64,000 nucleotides of DNA from an uncultured Planctomycetaceae bacterium (GTDB taxonomy: Bacteria > Planctomycetota > Planctomycetia > Planctomycetales > Planctomycetaceae), in the NCBI GenBank assembly GCA_963976765.1, contig CAXBME010000004.1, forward strand, positions 310,001 through 374,000, read 5' to 3'. Below, piece after piece: positions 40,183-52,478 of the stretch. The stretch's first letter is position 1; each line of letters begins with the position of its first letter. The notes under the pieces were generated by a model that was given only the letters and a program-made list of their open reading frames with translations, did not search any database and was not told the DNA's origin. A program made the position numbers and the translations under genes.

Positions 40183-41154
40183 ATGATCGTCCCACGAGAA
40201 CCTGCCTGCCACCGTGTCACTGTTTTTCGAATGACAATTCGACTGCTGATTCTCGCAGTGCTTGCAACTGGTACCAGTTCATCTGCACAAACGCCGCTGC
40301 GACAATCCGGCAAAGAGACCGCCGACAGTCAAGTAACGACTCCGGAGCAGAATGTTCAAGCGGCAATGAAAGACGCGATCGCTCGTTTGAAGTCCGGCGA
40401 CGTGGTTGGATTCATCGAATTCTACGCTCCTGTTGATGAGCTTCGGCAGGCTCGAAGAGGTCGACTCGGCAAATCCTATGAGCGAATCCGGAATCCGCCT
40501 GCGGCGGCCAATGTCATCAACCGACTTGAACGAGCCAGCGGCACCACTCCGCAAATCAATATCGGAGGATTCCTGGCGACCTTTACGATTCCGCCGCCCA
40601 TCGAAGAACCGACCGATCCCCTGAAAAGTGAACCGGCTCCGGAAATCTCACAAGAGCCACTGTCTGGATATCCCGGCAGTCTCGCCGAGGCGTTGCAGGC
40701 GGCGGTGGTCGACATTCAGGCTGATCGGACTGAAGCGATGATTGATCGTCTGTTTCCACGCGGCGAACTTGGCCATCCGGAAGCCGCGCTACGACGCAAG
40801 CAACTGATCACTCGACTCACTCAGCACCCGAAAATGATCGAACAAATGCAGAGCGATCTGCAGGCCATTCTGAGAACGCAGGATGTCCAGCGAGCTTCCG
40901 GAAACAACGCCGCCATTTCAGTGAGAGGCCAGCTTGTTTCCACAGGTCGAGGTCGGCAGATGCGGCTTCCAGACAGGACGTTCCACTTTGAAAGGGTCGA
41001 AGGCTTCTGGCGGTTCAAAGACTCGACCAGCAGGCTGGTTGAGACTCAAACAAAAATAGCAGAGAAAGCTCCGCCGCCGTTGTCAGAGTTCGGAGCTTCT
41101 AACGTCGTCATCATGGAGCGGTTCGGCGACCGCTGGCGATTCCTGGAGTTTTGA
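40183..41154 (+). CDS. Exported hypothetical protein with internal duplication (start may be 40231)
   Basis: Signal-like MTIRLLILAVLATGTSSSA; two related helical blocks and two ERxxxxWRF strands. Confidence 0.7.
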   Translation: MIVPREPACHRVTVFRMTIRLLILAVLATGTSSSAQTPLRQSGKETADSQVTTPEQNVQAAMKDAIARLKSGDVVGFIEFYAPVDELRQARRGRLGKSYERIRNPPAAANVINRLERASGTTPQINIGGFLATFTIPPPIEEPTDPLKSEPAPEISQEPLSGYPGSLAEALQAAVVDIQADRTEAMIDRLFPRGELGHPEAALRRKQLITRLTQHPKMIEQMQSDLQAILRTQDVQRASGNNAAISVRGQLVSTGRGRQMRLPDRTFHFERVEGFWRFKDSTSRLVETQTKIAEKAPPPLSEFGASNVVIMERFGDRWRFLEF

Positions 41155-41238
41155 TCGCGGCTCCCTGGCAACTTTTCTGACGATTTTGACAATCCGCGAC
41201 GCATCGCGTCTGGCAATTTTTGAACGGGAATCTCAAAG

Positions 41239-42120
41239 ATGGCTTCTCATCGACAAAGAAACGGTTTCACGCTGATCGAAACTCTGGTTGTGCTTGCCAT
41301 TATTGCCATCGGGTTGGCACTCACGATGCCCGCCGTTCTGAAATCCCGAGCCGACGCGCGTCGCGATCAGTGCGTGAAGCATCTGAAGATGATCGGACTC
41401 GCCCTTCACAACTACCACGACGTATTTCGGACGCTGCCGCCAGCCTGGACTGCCCACACGGCAGATCCCGGACCGATTCCAAGATTCGGATGGACCACGT
41501 ACATCCTGCCATTCATCGATCAGGCACGTCTCTTTAAAGAACTCGACACAACAAACCATCAGATAGATAACCGGAAGCTGGTGGAGACGCCGTTACCAGC
41601 TTTTCGATGCCCGACAGATCCTACGCCGTCGCTGAACGAGCTTCGCGGCTCTTTCGCCACCTCAAACTATTCAGCGAACTTCGGCCCAGTTGCAGCACCA
41701 CGCTGGGGAAATGCTGACTTCGGCATTTCCTGGCCTGGACAACTTCCAACGCTGAAGTCAACGGATGGCATGTTCTACCTGAACAGCAAAGTTCGATTTC
41801 GTGACTGCATAGACGGCTTGTCCAACATCATTATGGTCGGCGAACGTTCGATCGATTCTCGAGCCGGCATCTGGATGGGAGTTCGAGGAAATGAATACGA
41901 AGATGATCAGGTGACTGACTGCAGCTTCGGCAATGAGATCAACGCCGGCGACAACTCCTTCTCCAGTCGACATCACGGAGGAGCCAACTTTCTGATCGGC
42001 GATGGCTCGGTGCATTTCCTCAGCGAAACGATCGATTCGCAAGCTGGTGGCCCTGAAGAAATGGGCCTTTACCAACGGTTGTCACAGCGCAACGACAGGC
42101 ACACCGTTGGCGAGTTCTAG
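41239..42120 (+). CDS. DUF1559 prepilin-type protein
   Basis: GFTLIETLVVLAII, LALHNYHD, FRCPTD, DGLSN, HHGGANFLIGDGSV. Confidence 0.95.
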   Translation: MASHRQRNGFTLIETLVVLAIIAIGLALTMPAVLKSRADARRDQCVKHLKMIGLALHNYHDVFRTLPPAWTAHTADPGPIPRFGWTTYILPFIDQARLFKELDTTNHQIDNRKLVETPLPAFRCPTDPTPSLNELRGSFATSNYSANFGPVAAPRWGNADFGISWPGQLPTLKSTDGMFYLNSKVRFRDCIDGLSNIIMVGERSIDSRAGIWMGVRGNEYEDDQVTDCSFGNEINAGDNSFSSRHHGGANFLIGDGSVHFLSETIDSQAGGPEEMGLYQRLSQRNDRHTVGEF

Positions 42121-42141
42121 AAATCACAACTTCGCACGCCG

Positions 42142-44526
42142 TCACCCACTTTTTCGAACGTCGCTGCAAGTGGCAGTCTCGCCTGGCAATGTAAAGACAA
42201 CCGAACATCCGACATCAGCGTTCGACTCGACGTGAATTTTCCCGCCGTGCCTTTCGACGATCCGACGGCAAACGGCAAGACCGATTCCGGTACCCGGGTA
42301 ATCACTACTGGCGTGCAGTCGCTGAAAGATCACGAAAACCCGCTCGGCATGTTCCGGAGCAATTCCGATCCCGTTGTCTTTGACACGGACCGTCCAGAAG
42401 CCATCGTCGCCGCGTTCTGACGAAATCTCGACTGAGGGGGGCGATTCTGTTCGATACTTCAATGCGTTACCGATCAGGTTCTGGAAGAGCCGCACCATCT
42501 GCCCGGCGTCCGCCTCGACGGCAGGCAATCTGCGCACGTCGATAATGGCATCCGTTTCCTGAACCGCAGCGTCGAGAAGAATCTGAGCGTCCCGGACACT
42601 CTCGTTCAGGTCAACCAGTTCGAATGATCTTTCTTTTCTGGAAATACGAGAATACTCAAGCAGGTCAGAAATCAACTTCTGCATCCGCTTCGCACCTTCG
42701 ACTGTCCGATTCGCATACACCTTCGCTTTGTCATCGAGTGAATCAGCGTAGTTCTGCGTCAGCAGTTGCGTATAACCGGCAATCGCTCGCAATGGCTCCT
42801 GTAAATCATGAGACGCAACGTACGCAAACTGTTCAAGTTCGGCATTGCTCGCCTTGAGTTCCTCTGCCTGCTCGGCAAGACGCCGCTGCTGCTCGACTCC
42901 CTGACTGATGTTGATATGAACCCCGACCATCCGCAGCGGTTCTCCGTCGTCGTCACGAAGCAGTTGCCCGCGCGACAGGATCGAACGGTAACTTCCGTCA
43001 ACATGCTTCAAACGAAACGTGTTTTCGTATTCAGGAATGTCGCCTGAGATGTAGTCAGCAATGATCTTCTCAGCGGCGTCCTGATCGTCAGGATGCAGAT
43101 TGTCAACCCAGTCGGTTAACGACGTCCAGGTCTCGGTTGATCCAAGCTGAGCGGTCAGTTGCGGCGAGACGTAAACTTCGTCGGTAACGACATTCCAATC
43201 CCAGACACCAATCTCTGCACCGTCGAGCGCGTTCTCCAGTCGAAGCTCGGCAGTCACCAGGGCATTAATGGCAGCCTTCTGATCGGTAATATTCCTCCCC
43301 TCAGGCACCAGATAAATGATCTTGCCCGAATCATCACGGAGCGGCTTCAGCGTAAAGTCGACATAAATCAGGCTTCCGTCAGGCGTCGGGTGAGTCGCTT
43401 CAAAACGGTCAGTCTCACCAGCGTTCGCGCGACGGATGGACTCTTTCAGTCGCTCCTGCATCTTCGGCGAGTGTGTCCACCAGGGCGTCTCCCAGAATGG
43501 TTTGCCCAGTACGTCCTCCGCAGAAACCCCGGCTGCATCCAGAGCCGTACGATTTCCATCCAGCAGAACTCCGTCAGTCGACAGCAGGCCTATAAAATTG
43601 AAAGCCTGATCGACAATACCGCGAAGCTTGGCTTCGCTCTGGAAAATCTGCTGAGTCATCTTCGCCGACGTGCGATACAGAATGTGAATATTGAAGACCA
43701 CTCCGTAGAGGACCATCCCATAGCTCACAATCTTCATCAGATGAGCCAGGTCAAACGGTGCATCAAATGGCATTGCCGAACGTGACATCACCAGAACCTG
43801 CACGACGACGGAAAGAATCACACAGGCCAGCAGCCAGTACGAGAACGGGCTGCGTCGCCAGATTCCGCGACGAATCAGCAACACCGCGGCAATGACAAAC
43901 AACGTTGCCGAGATCAGTTCCGCCGGTCGTCTCAGCAAACCTGAGGTGTACAGCGGCGGCAGCGGCACAAACGCAAAGAACAGGAAGCAAAGCACGGTCA
44001 GCGCCAGAATCGAAGCGTAAACAAATTTCGGCTGAATGATCGATGTGTCCGGTCGCCGGTCCTGACGATCCTGAGCACGACAGCTCAACACAAGGATTGC
44101 ACCGAGAAAAATCCGGGACGCATTCCAGCTCCACGGAATCAACGCGTCAGATGCTGACGATGCAGAGTTTGCAAACCACGTACTCGTCAGCAACGCATGC
44201 GAGCCATCCAGTAGTCCTGTGCCAACGAATCCCGCACCAACACATAGGTGTATCGCCGACCCATTGGCATAAAAGCGGACGAGTGAGAGCGTTCCAACGA
44301 CTAAAGCCAGTATCGTTGCAACCGACTCCATCACCGAATGCAACTCGCGACTGCCGCTCCACGCAAACTGTTGAAGTCCTATTCCGGCAACAAGACTGAG
44401 AATCATCACAACGATCAGACCTTGCCATCGCCCGACAAAGTCAGCATCCGCCTCACACCAGGTGAATCCAGGCGGGGAGACCGGCTCATGCGGCAACGTT
44501 GCATCGCTGTAATCTTCATTCGGCAT
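42142..44526 (-). CDS. Sensor histidine kinase (MASE3-like membrane domain, 2 PAS, HisKA-HATPase)
   Basis: About 8 TMs, GKPFWETPWW and LHPDD PAS motifs, YVASHDLQEPLR H-box, NLIGNALKY, DNGIGI, GTGIGL. Confidence 0.92.
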   Translation of the reverse strand: MPNEDYSDATLPHEPVSPPGFTWCEADADFVGRWQGLIVVMILSLVAGIGLQQFAWSGSRELHSVMESVATILALVVGTLSLVRFYANGSAIHLCVGAGFVGTGLLDGSHALLTSTWFANSASSASDALIPWSWNASRIFLGAILVLSCRAQDRQDRRPDTSIIQPKFVYASILALTVLCFLFFAFVPLPPLYTSGLLRRPAELISATLFVIAAVLLIRRGIWRRSPFSYWLLACVILSVVVQVLVMSRSAMPFDAPFDLAHLMKIVSYGMVLYGVVFNIHILYRTSAKMTQQIFQSEAKLRGIVDQAFNFIGLLSTDGVLLDGNRTALDAAGVSAEDVLGKPFWETPWWTHSPKMQERLKESIRRANAGETDRFEATHPTPDGSLIYVDFTLKPLRDDSGKIIYLVPEGRNITDQKAAINALVTAELRLENALDGAEIGVWDWNVVTDEVYVSPQLTAQLGSTETWTSLTDWVDNLHPDDQDAAEKIIADYISGDIPEYENTFRLKHVDGSYRSILSRGQLLRDDDGEPLRMVGVHINISQGVEQQRRLAEQAEELKASNAELEQFAYVASHDLQEPLRAIAGYTQLLTQNYADSLDDKAKVYANRTVEGAKRMQKLISDLLEYSRISRKERSFELVDLNESVRDAQILLDAAVQETDAIIDVRRLPAVEADAGQMVRLFQNLIGNALKYRTESPPSVEISSERGDDGFWTVRVKDNGIGIAPEHAERVFVIFQRLHASSDYPGTGIGLAVCRRIVERHGGKIHVESNADVGCSVVFTLPGETATCSDVRKSG

Positions 44527-44837
44527 ACGTCAATTTCCGTTGCCCGTATCCGTCGAATTGATCAACACGACTCAATGGTACCATCGTACTCACCAATTAC
44601 GCACTACGGTCTAACCATGACAACGCCGCACGCTGGAATTTTCCACCAATCTTTTCGTCACCATGCTTTTGACAAGTCGGGACACTTATCCACATCGCGT
44701 TCCCAGCATCCTCACCTCATTGGAAATGACAAAGCGAAAACGGTCGCGCGGCTCCTGGAAACCGCCACTCTTTCCAGAAGATCCCCCCAGGCTGCGGAAC
44801 ACAATTCGTGATCCGCCTTGATGGCGCGTCACCAGAA

Positions 44838-45524
44838 TTATGCCGCGTCAGACTTCGCCGGTGATTCAGCCGACCAGTCGATGCGTTTCGCTGTTGGGCC
44901 CATGACCGTCGTATTGGCCCGAACTCGTCGAACGACGACACTTCCCGCGCCGACTCTTGCGTAGTCACCGACCTTCGCCGACGGAGTGACCGATGAGTGG
45001 CTCCCCAGAAAGACTCCTTCACCAAGCTTTGCATTGCCGGTGATATCGCAAAAGTCGTTAACCGTGCAGCCATCACCAACGTGGGCATCATGGCCAACAC
45101 ATGCCCGAATGTTGAGTATCACGAAATTACCAATCGTCGCGTCGACCGTCACCGTGACCCCCGGGCAAAGGATTGTGCCTGCCCCAATTGTGCAACGCGA
45201 GCCGACAATTGCAGACGGATGAATCAGTGATACGAACTGTGCACCGCGCTGCTGAAGGTCTCGACAAATACGTAGCCGGATCGCTGGATCGCCGATGGCA
45301 CAAATGAAACGATCCTCGGATGACGGGTGCCATATTTCCGCATCGCCCAGGATTGGAAACTCGATGTCGAACTGCTCAAACGCTTTCTGATTCGCATCGA
45401 GAAATCCTCCGACTTCCCAGTCAACATCGCTTTGCTTCTGAATATCGAGAGCCCATTGGAGAACTTCTCGACCAAAACCGCCGGCACCAATGATCAACAG
45501 GCGAGACTTCTGAGTCGTGCTCAT
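44838..45524 (-). CDS. Sugar N/O-acyltransferase, NeuD/PglD/VioB hexapeptide family
   Basis: IIGAGGFGREV, AIGDPAIR, LIHPSA, VGHD, hexapeptide repeats. Confidence 0.92.
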   Translation of the reverse strand: MSTTQKSRLLIIGAGGFGREVLQWALDIQKQSDVDWEVGGFLDANQKAFEQFDIEFPILGDAEIWHPSSEDRFICAIGDPAIRLRICRDLQQRGAQFVSLIHPSAIVGSRCTIGAGTILCPGVTVTVDATIGNFVILNIRACVGHDAHVGDGCTVNDFCDITGNAKLGEGVFLGSHSSVTPSAKVGDYARVGAGSVVVRRVRANTTVMGPTAKRIDWSAESPAKSDAA

Positions 45525-45576
45525 CTTCAATCCTTGTATTTGATCGCCGGCCATCCACTTCGCAGGCCCTGACGAC

Positions 45577-46335
45577 TTAGTGAGCCGTATACCCACCATC
45601 AATCACCAGAGTTTGCCCTGTAATCCACCGTCCGGTTTCTGCGAGAAGGAATGCAGCTGCGTTGGCAACATCGTCTGGACGGCCAAGGCCTAACGGATGC
45701 ATATCAGAAATTGCCTGAAGCTGAGTATCAGCAAGCTTCTCTTCTGCCTTTGCAGCCAGCTCAGTCGGCACCCATCCCGGCGCGAGACAATTCACTCGGA
45801 TCTGCTCGGGTGCCAGCTCCATCGCCAGAGATCGACACATCGAAACCAGCGCGCCTTTTGTCGCTGAGTACGCAGCGTTTCCAGCCGATCCTGCCAGTGC
45901 GGCAACCGAGGCCAGGTAAATAACACTGCCCTGCTCTGCTCGCACGCCTCGCTGGCGGAAACCTCTTGTGAGAGCCATCGCTGCCGACACGTTGACTTTC
46001 ATCAGCTCGTCGAGTCGAGACGGCTTGAGCACTCGCAACGGCAGCGTAGCATGAACCCCCGCGCTGTGAACCAGTCCGTCGAGTGGTCCTGCCTCGTCAG
46101 CCAGTTTCTTTATCCATCCGGGAATGGCGTCCAACTCGTTCAGATCAAAGGGCTCGACGCGATGCTCACCAGCGTCAAGCAGCGACATCGTTTCCGCGAG
46201 GCGTTTCTCACTTCGAGCGACCAGCACGACCCGTCCGCCGAGCCTGCTGATAAGAATGCTGATCGCACGTCCGAGTCCCGATGAAGCTCCGGTCACCAGC
46301 ACGGTGCGGCCATCAAGAGCCATTGGGTTGTGCAT
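45577..46335 (-). CDS. SDR oxidoreductase, FabG-like ketoreductase
   Basis: VTGASSGLG, HSAG, YSATKG, IRVNCLAPG, ITGQTLVIDGG. Confidence 0.92.
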   Translation of the reverse strand: MHNPMALDGRTVLVTGASSGLGRAISILISRLGGRVVLVARSEKRLAETMSLLDAGEHRVEPFDLNELDAIPGWIKKLADEAGPLDGLVHSAGVHATLPLRVLKPSRLDELMKVNVSAAMALTRGFRQRGVRAEQGSVIYLASVAALAGSAGNAAYSATKGALVSMCRSLAMELAPEQIRVNCLAPGWVPTELAAKAEEKLADTQLQAISDMHPLGLGRPDDVANAAAFLLAETGRWITGQTLVIDGGYTAH

Positions 46336-46336
46336 G

Positions 46337-47464
46337 TCAGGCGGCCTCTTTCGAAACAATCTCGTCGTCTGCATTCTGGCACTGCGGAGTCTCGTAGATC
46401 ACCAGTTCCGGCATCACCATGTTTTCGCACGTGACAGCCGCGCCGCCCCACGACCAGCCAAGTCCGAAACCGGCCAGCACCAGCTTACGTTTCTCGCTGG
46501 AATTTGCTTTGGACCACTGATGAGTCATCGCCAGGGGAATCGATGCACAGCTTGCGTTGCCGTAACCTTCCAGAGCAATGACAAAATTCTCTTCGTCGAC
46601 TTTCAGTCGCTTGCGAAGATGTTTCAACATGATGCCGTTCGACTGGTGCATGACAACGCCGTCGACTTCATCAATCGTCCAGCCGGCCTCGGCCAGCGTA
46701 CTGCGCACCATCTTCGGCACTTCCTGAAGCGCGAACGAAAAGACTTCGGCCCCATTCATGTACATGTCTTCGTCGCTGCGAATGTTGCCTGACTCGCGAG
46801 ACGTTCTGACCCCTGTCTCTTCAGTGCGAGGCTGACGCGCGCCGCCTGCCGGCACGATCAGATGGTTGAGCCCTCGACCGTCTGTGCCGAGAGAAAACAC
46901 AATCGGTTCAGCCGACGCTGAAAACTCAAGAGCCGTCGCCGACCCCGCATCACCAAACAACGGCGCAGTGGCGCGATCGTCAGGCGAAACAAAATGGGTG
47001 ATCGTGTCTCCGACGAGAAGCAGAACACGTCCACCGTTTTCTTTTCCGCCAGCCATTCCTCGCACGAACTGAGCGGCCGTTGCCAGTCCGTAAACGTAAC
47101 CGGAACAACCAAGGTTGATATCCATCGCCGCGCAGTTTGTCGACAACCCAAGTCGCGACTGCAGCGTGCAGGCAGTCGCCGGAGCGGGATAATCAGGAGT
47201 CTGAGTAACGAACAGAACCGCCTGGATCGAATCTCGATCCCATTTCAGCTCGTCGAGCAACTTCTCGGCAGCGGCGACGCAAAGGTCCGACGAGCAGACG
47301 CCTTCCGGGGCGATGCGGCGCGACGTTACCCCAATGCTCTCGCCGATTTTGCGAAAGTCTTCGGACTGAAATCGTTCGACATCATCGTCAACTGTTCTCA
47401 CAAAATCCGGCACTGACGATGCCAGACCTGCCATTCGAACGTTTTCAACGCGGACAATTGCCAT
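46337..47464 (-). CDS. 3-oxoacyl-ACP synthase III (FabH-like)
   Basis: Cys-His-Asn triad in LGCSGYVYG, HQSN, YGNASCASIP; LFGDAGSA; GFGLGWSWG. Confidence 0.93.
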   Translation of the reverse strand: MAIVRVENVRMAGLASSVPDFVRTVDDDVERFQSEDFRKIGESIGVTSRRIAPEGVCSSDLCVAAAEKLLDELKWDRDSIQAVLFVTQTPDYPAPATACTLQSRLGLSTNCAAMDINLGCSGYVYGLATAAQFVRGMAGGKENGGRVLLLVGDTITHFVSPDDRATAPLFGDAGSATALEFSASAEPIVFSLGTDGRGLNHLIVPAGGARQPRTEETGVRTSRESGNIRSDEDMYMNGAEVFSFALQEVPKMVRSTLAEAGWTIDEVDGVVMHQSNGIMLKHLRKRLKVDEENFVIALEGYGNASCASIPLAMTHQWSKANSSEKRKLVLAGFGLGWSWGGAAVTCENMVMPELVIYETPQCQNADDEIVSKEAA

Positions 47465-47533
47465 GAAAGCTTCCCTGCTTCACGGAGTCTTTTCAAACTC
47501 GCCGTAACATCGCATCGCGAACTGACTGCCGAA

Positions 47534-47779
47534 TCAGGCAGCTTTATCGGCAATCTGCATTTCGTGAATTTTCTGCTCGAGATCTCCAGCCGTTTCGCTC
47601 GACATGATGACTCCCGGCGAAAGAGCAATGCCATACTCTTCATCGATCATCGCAATCAGGCCAACGAAGGTCAGAGAACTCCAGCTGGGAATCTCTTTAA
47701 GAACCGTGGCGCTGGTCGCCGTTCCGGGATCGAGCTCAAACAACTCGTCAAGCAGTTCGCAAAAATCAGGCTGAGCCAT
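47534..47779 (-). CDS. Acyl carrier protein
   Basis: Small acidic protein with WSSL (WDSL-type) phosphopantetheine motif, directly upstream of FabH-like gene. Confidence 0.82.
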   Translation of the reverse strand: MAQPDFCELLDELFELDPGTATSATVLKEIPSWSSLTFVGLIAMIDEEYGIALSPGVIMSSETAGDLEQKIHEMQIADKAA

Positions 47780-48003
47780 TTCAGCGGCACTCCATTGCAG
47801 CACCAGCAGAAGAAGATCTCCTCTGCCAGTTATGTCATCGATTCAGAGTCGAGGAAACTCGCGTATCGCGAGCAAACTCTCGTGCCGGCGCTTATAGCAT
47901 TCAACCGAATTCCGACCAAGATGACTTGGAGCCGCAGCGGTACGACTAACCGCATCGGAACGTCTCAAACACCAGAAATCGCGCGACAACCGCCGTTTCG
48001 ACT

Positions 48004-48669
48004 CTACGCAATAATTTCGCGGATCAGCATAAAGCCTTCCGCTGCGTCACACGCGACGGTCGCGCCGCGATAGTGGGCCAGGGCGGTGATATTGCGAAGC
48101 GATCGGGCGTTAGGCGGCTGCTTCACCTGCGACTTGAAACAGGCCATTGCGTCCAGCTTATGTGAGAGAAACCCGGAAACATCAATAAACACCGTCGGAT
48201 AGAAAACGGCATCCATTTGTGGAGGTGCCCACTCAGTTTCAGACAGCGTCTCGTACGCCAGAATCCTTTTGACGGGCGAACCTTCGAGCGGTCGAGCCGC
48301 CACCAGGGCCGCCTGATGCAGATGGAAGTGGTCGCTGTGAATATCGCCATGATGCGGTAGATAGACCACTTCAGGTTCGAAATCTCGAATCCCGTCCGAC
48401 ACAGCTCCGGCAAGTTGATAACGCGGAACCGTGTCGAGAGCCGGCGCTGGAAAGTCGAGGAAACGAGTTTCCGACACGCCCAGTTTTGCATGCGCGGCGC
48501 GAGCTTCCGCACGTACAGCGTCAACGGCGGCGGCGGAATAGAGTTCCGGCATTCCGCGAGTCGCCACCAGTACAAATACCGAATCGCCCCCTGCCACGTG
48601 GCGACAAATGGTGCCTCCACATCCGAGCACCTCATCATCCGGGTGCGGCGCGAGTACGAGAACATTCAT
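48004..48669 (-). CDS. PIG-L/LmbE family N-deacetylase
   Basis: APHPDDEVLGCGG, DIHSDH, YETLSETEW. Confidence 0.92.
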   Translation of the reverse strand: MNVLVLAPHPDDEVLGCGGTICRHVAGGDSVFVLVATRGMPELYSAAAVDAVRAEARAAHAKLGVSETRFLDFPAPALDTVPRYQLAGAVSDGIRDFEPEVVYLPHHGDIHSDHFHLHQAALVAARPLEGSPVKRILAYETLSETEWAPPQMDAVFYPTVFIDVSGFLSHKLDAMACFKSQVKQPPNARSLRNITALAHYRGATVACDAAEGFMLIREIIA

Positions 48670-48693
48670 CCTGAATCAGTCCCAACAATTACC

Positions 48694-48727
48694 AAAAGAA
48701 GCCTCGCCTGGAACAGACGAGGCTTCT
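48694..48727 (-). terminator. Intrinsic terminator after clpC
   Basis: Minus strand AGAAGCCTCG...CGAGGCTTCT stem followed by TTT. Confidence 0.65.
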
Positions 48728-48779
48728 CGATTTTACCATCAATGCAATAGAGCATGTCGGATTGTCATCCGCGAACCAC

Positions 48780-51305
<2,526 letters not shown>

Positions 51306-52478
51306 CCCAGTTTCTCCTCTTCTCAGTATCGCCGGTGAGTCGCAGCCGCGACGCATTTCTCCAAACGGAGTTACGCCACGACCTGCAAGATCATTGGTGC
51401 CATCTATTGAGTACGTCTAAACATCTGCAAGCCACTTTTTGACGGACAGTCCCTCAGCCGAAAACGTTCGACCATTACGACCGCCACGTCAAACACCGGC
51501 ATCAACAAAGACCTTCGGTAGCTCGTCTTCACAAGCAGACGTCCAGTGAGACTATCTCACGCAGTCAAAACAACTGGGACATTTCACCATGTGAGGGGAA
51601 TCGCCTACCGATCTGGTGGTAATCGGACAGGTTGGAAGGGTCGAATCTGAGGATAAATCGAGAGTCGGCTCCGTCCGTCCATCTCCTGACACGGCAAAGT
51701 AACCGAACAGCCTGTCTGATCGGAATATCCTGACACGTCGTCGGAATGATAGTTCTCGCCAGATTGTCCAGCAACCTCGGTGTCGAGCAGGCAAATTCCA
51801 GCATATTTGAGCAACATGACAATTCAACCAAACACCGTATTGTCGCTATGAAAACACTGCGGTTGCCCGCTCGTCAGAGAAACGCTTTGCGAAACATCTT
51901 CAATTCGCTCGTATTGTGAAGGCTGAAGTGCAAAGCAAACGTGTCTTTCGACTGAACAAGGAGCACAACTGGCGAAAGATTTCAGGATCCCGAGAGGTAG
52001 CAAAGCAGGGGAAACTATTCCAAAGGAGACTGTCCCTGGGATTACCACAATTGTGGGAAGCTCAGTGCGCGTGTTCGAGGCACTCGCAGCCGGACGATAA
52101 GAAACGGTCGAAAGACAGAAGTCACTGTGCCGAACTTATTAGGACGTGAGGCTGGCTGAGTTCAAGGACTTGACCAACACCACGGATTGCGGTTTCACCA
52201 TGGATGATGGCCATGAAGCTGCAAGGTGATGCACAGACTTTAAGCGTCATTTTTTTGACTGAATCGGTTTGCCGAAACAGTCATTTCTTCGATTGCCAAT
52301 CCAATCATATCTGACACGGCAACCGAAGAATCCAGGGGCACGAGGCCCGGGAACCTGTCTTTCCACGTTTTCCGTGGTCCCGGTTACTTTTCGCCTCACA
52401 TCCCTGCTGAATTCACATCCGGGTAGCGAAAATCGGTAACCAAGGGTCGCGGGCACTCCATCGTGAGGGTTCTGACTT

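Noticed and set aside
47871..47887. Sigma-54-like CGGCACGAGAGTTTGCT on the minus strand upstream of the ACP gene
   Set aside because: GG-GC spacing is 11, not the strict 10; worth rechecking only if there is a sequencing indel
51384..51402. TGGCAC...TTGCA upstream of clpC
   Set aside because: Spacing is three bases too long for a sigma-54 promoter
52208..52223. TGGCCATGAAGCTGCA as a sigma-54 promoter for the DUF1571 gene
   Set aside because: Spacing is right, but the -24 element is a poor match and it lies about 255 nt from the start; too weak to call
52231..52276. Minus-strand GGCAAAC...GACGC resembling a c-di-GMP-I riboswitch
   Set aside because: Lacks the P2 stem with GNRA loop and the GCAAAG/P3 elements
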